Shown one piece after another: positions 63,343 through 64,000 of a DNA stretch of 64,000 nucleotides. Where the stretch lies: assembly GCA_024704765.1 (NCBI GenBank), contig JAKMXF010000020.1:1-64000 (forward strand), written 5' to 3'. Both the position numbers and the translations under genes were made by a program. This DNA is from Oopsacas minuta. Lineage: Eukaryota; Animalia; Porifera. The notes beneath the pieces were generated by a model, which did no database searches, was not told the DNA's origin, and saw only the letters and a list, made by a program, of their open reading frames with translations. Every line of letters starts with the position of its first letter. The stretch's first letter is position 1.

Positions 63343-64000
63343 CAGGGATGCCAACCTCTCAAAACAAAAAAGCGGGAGGTCTTCGCCATTTTGGCGGGAG
63401 TTTGTCCTAAAAGCGGGAGACTTAAAATATGTGCTATTTAAGCTAATTTCGTAAATTTTCCATTAATATAATGATAAAATCTAAGTTGACTAATTCATTC
63501 AAATATCGTCAAGAATAATGAATTATTTATGAATAACTCTTTCGCAATTTATACATTATTCTTTTTGAGGAGTTGATTAATTAATGGGTTTATATAATTC
63601 ATAATGATATTGAATAATATATCTCAGTGTCGCGAATTCTGAACCACATGGGGACTAGAGAAACTGTTCGTAATATAGAGAATTCATATTTATCAACTCG
63701 ACTTAATACAAATCCTATTTATGCATTAAAATTGGGGCAAGAAGGTAATTAATATAAAATGAATTATTCAAAAAGAATTATTCATTATTCATGAATTAGT
63801 CAACTTAGGATAAAATATCATTACAGGGGGCTTTGAGAATAATATAAATTTGAGAATAATATAAGTACTGAAGTGTGTAAGTCCAAAGTCTGGATAATTT
63901 GGTTCTCGAATCTCGAATAACTAATTAAAAATATGGTATTTTCTACTAAAATGTCATAGAATCTAAATATAGAAAAAAATCCAAAAAATCGGGAGTTTCA
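63343..64000. mobile_element. Probable terminus of a hAT-like non-autonomous element running off the window
   Basis: cagggatgccaac start followed by repeated GCGGGAG subterminal motifs; the partner end is not in the window. Confidence 0.4.

Overview
AT-rich eukaryotic (animal) genomic DNA with short GT-AG introns and several intronless housekeeping genes. The style resembles a compact non-bilaterian genome such as a glass sponge, but that is inference only. Host genes, nearly all on the minus strand: a gamma-butyrobetaine dioxygenase-like gene (~0.9-9.9 kb), Rap1, lambda-crystallin (CRYL1), a 7-PDZ GRIP1/2 orthologue (16.8->37.9 kb) and a WAT1/EamA transporter. Complete SHPK and NCBP1 genes sit inside GRIP introns on the same strand, and an NHL-repeat pseudogene sits antisense in another. 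The rest is transposon debris: a decayed Penelope-like retroelement with no recognisable endonuclease, Helitrons, hAT, Tc1 and THAP remnants, and MITEs. The highlight is a fully bounded 2,995-bp RAG1-like/Transib transposon at 59,683-62,677. It has a perfect 5-bp TSD (CTGAG), termini that begin with the exact V(D)J RSS heptamer CACAGTG, asymmetric TIR spacing (7 vs 16 bp to a shared 13-bp block), and a ~719-aa RAG1-type transposase with an NBD-like region and intact DDE/Zn motifs. The ORF is broken only by two compensating frameshifts, and the element has no RAG2-like gene. All protein assignments come from reading motifs by eye; no database search was possible.
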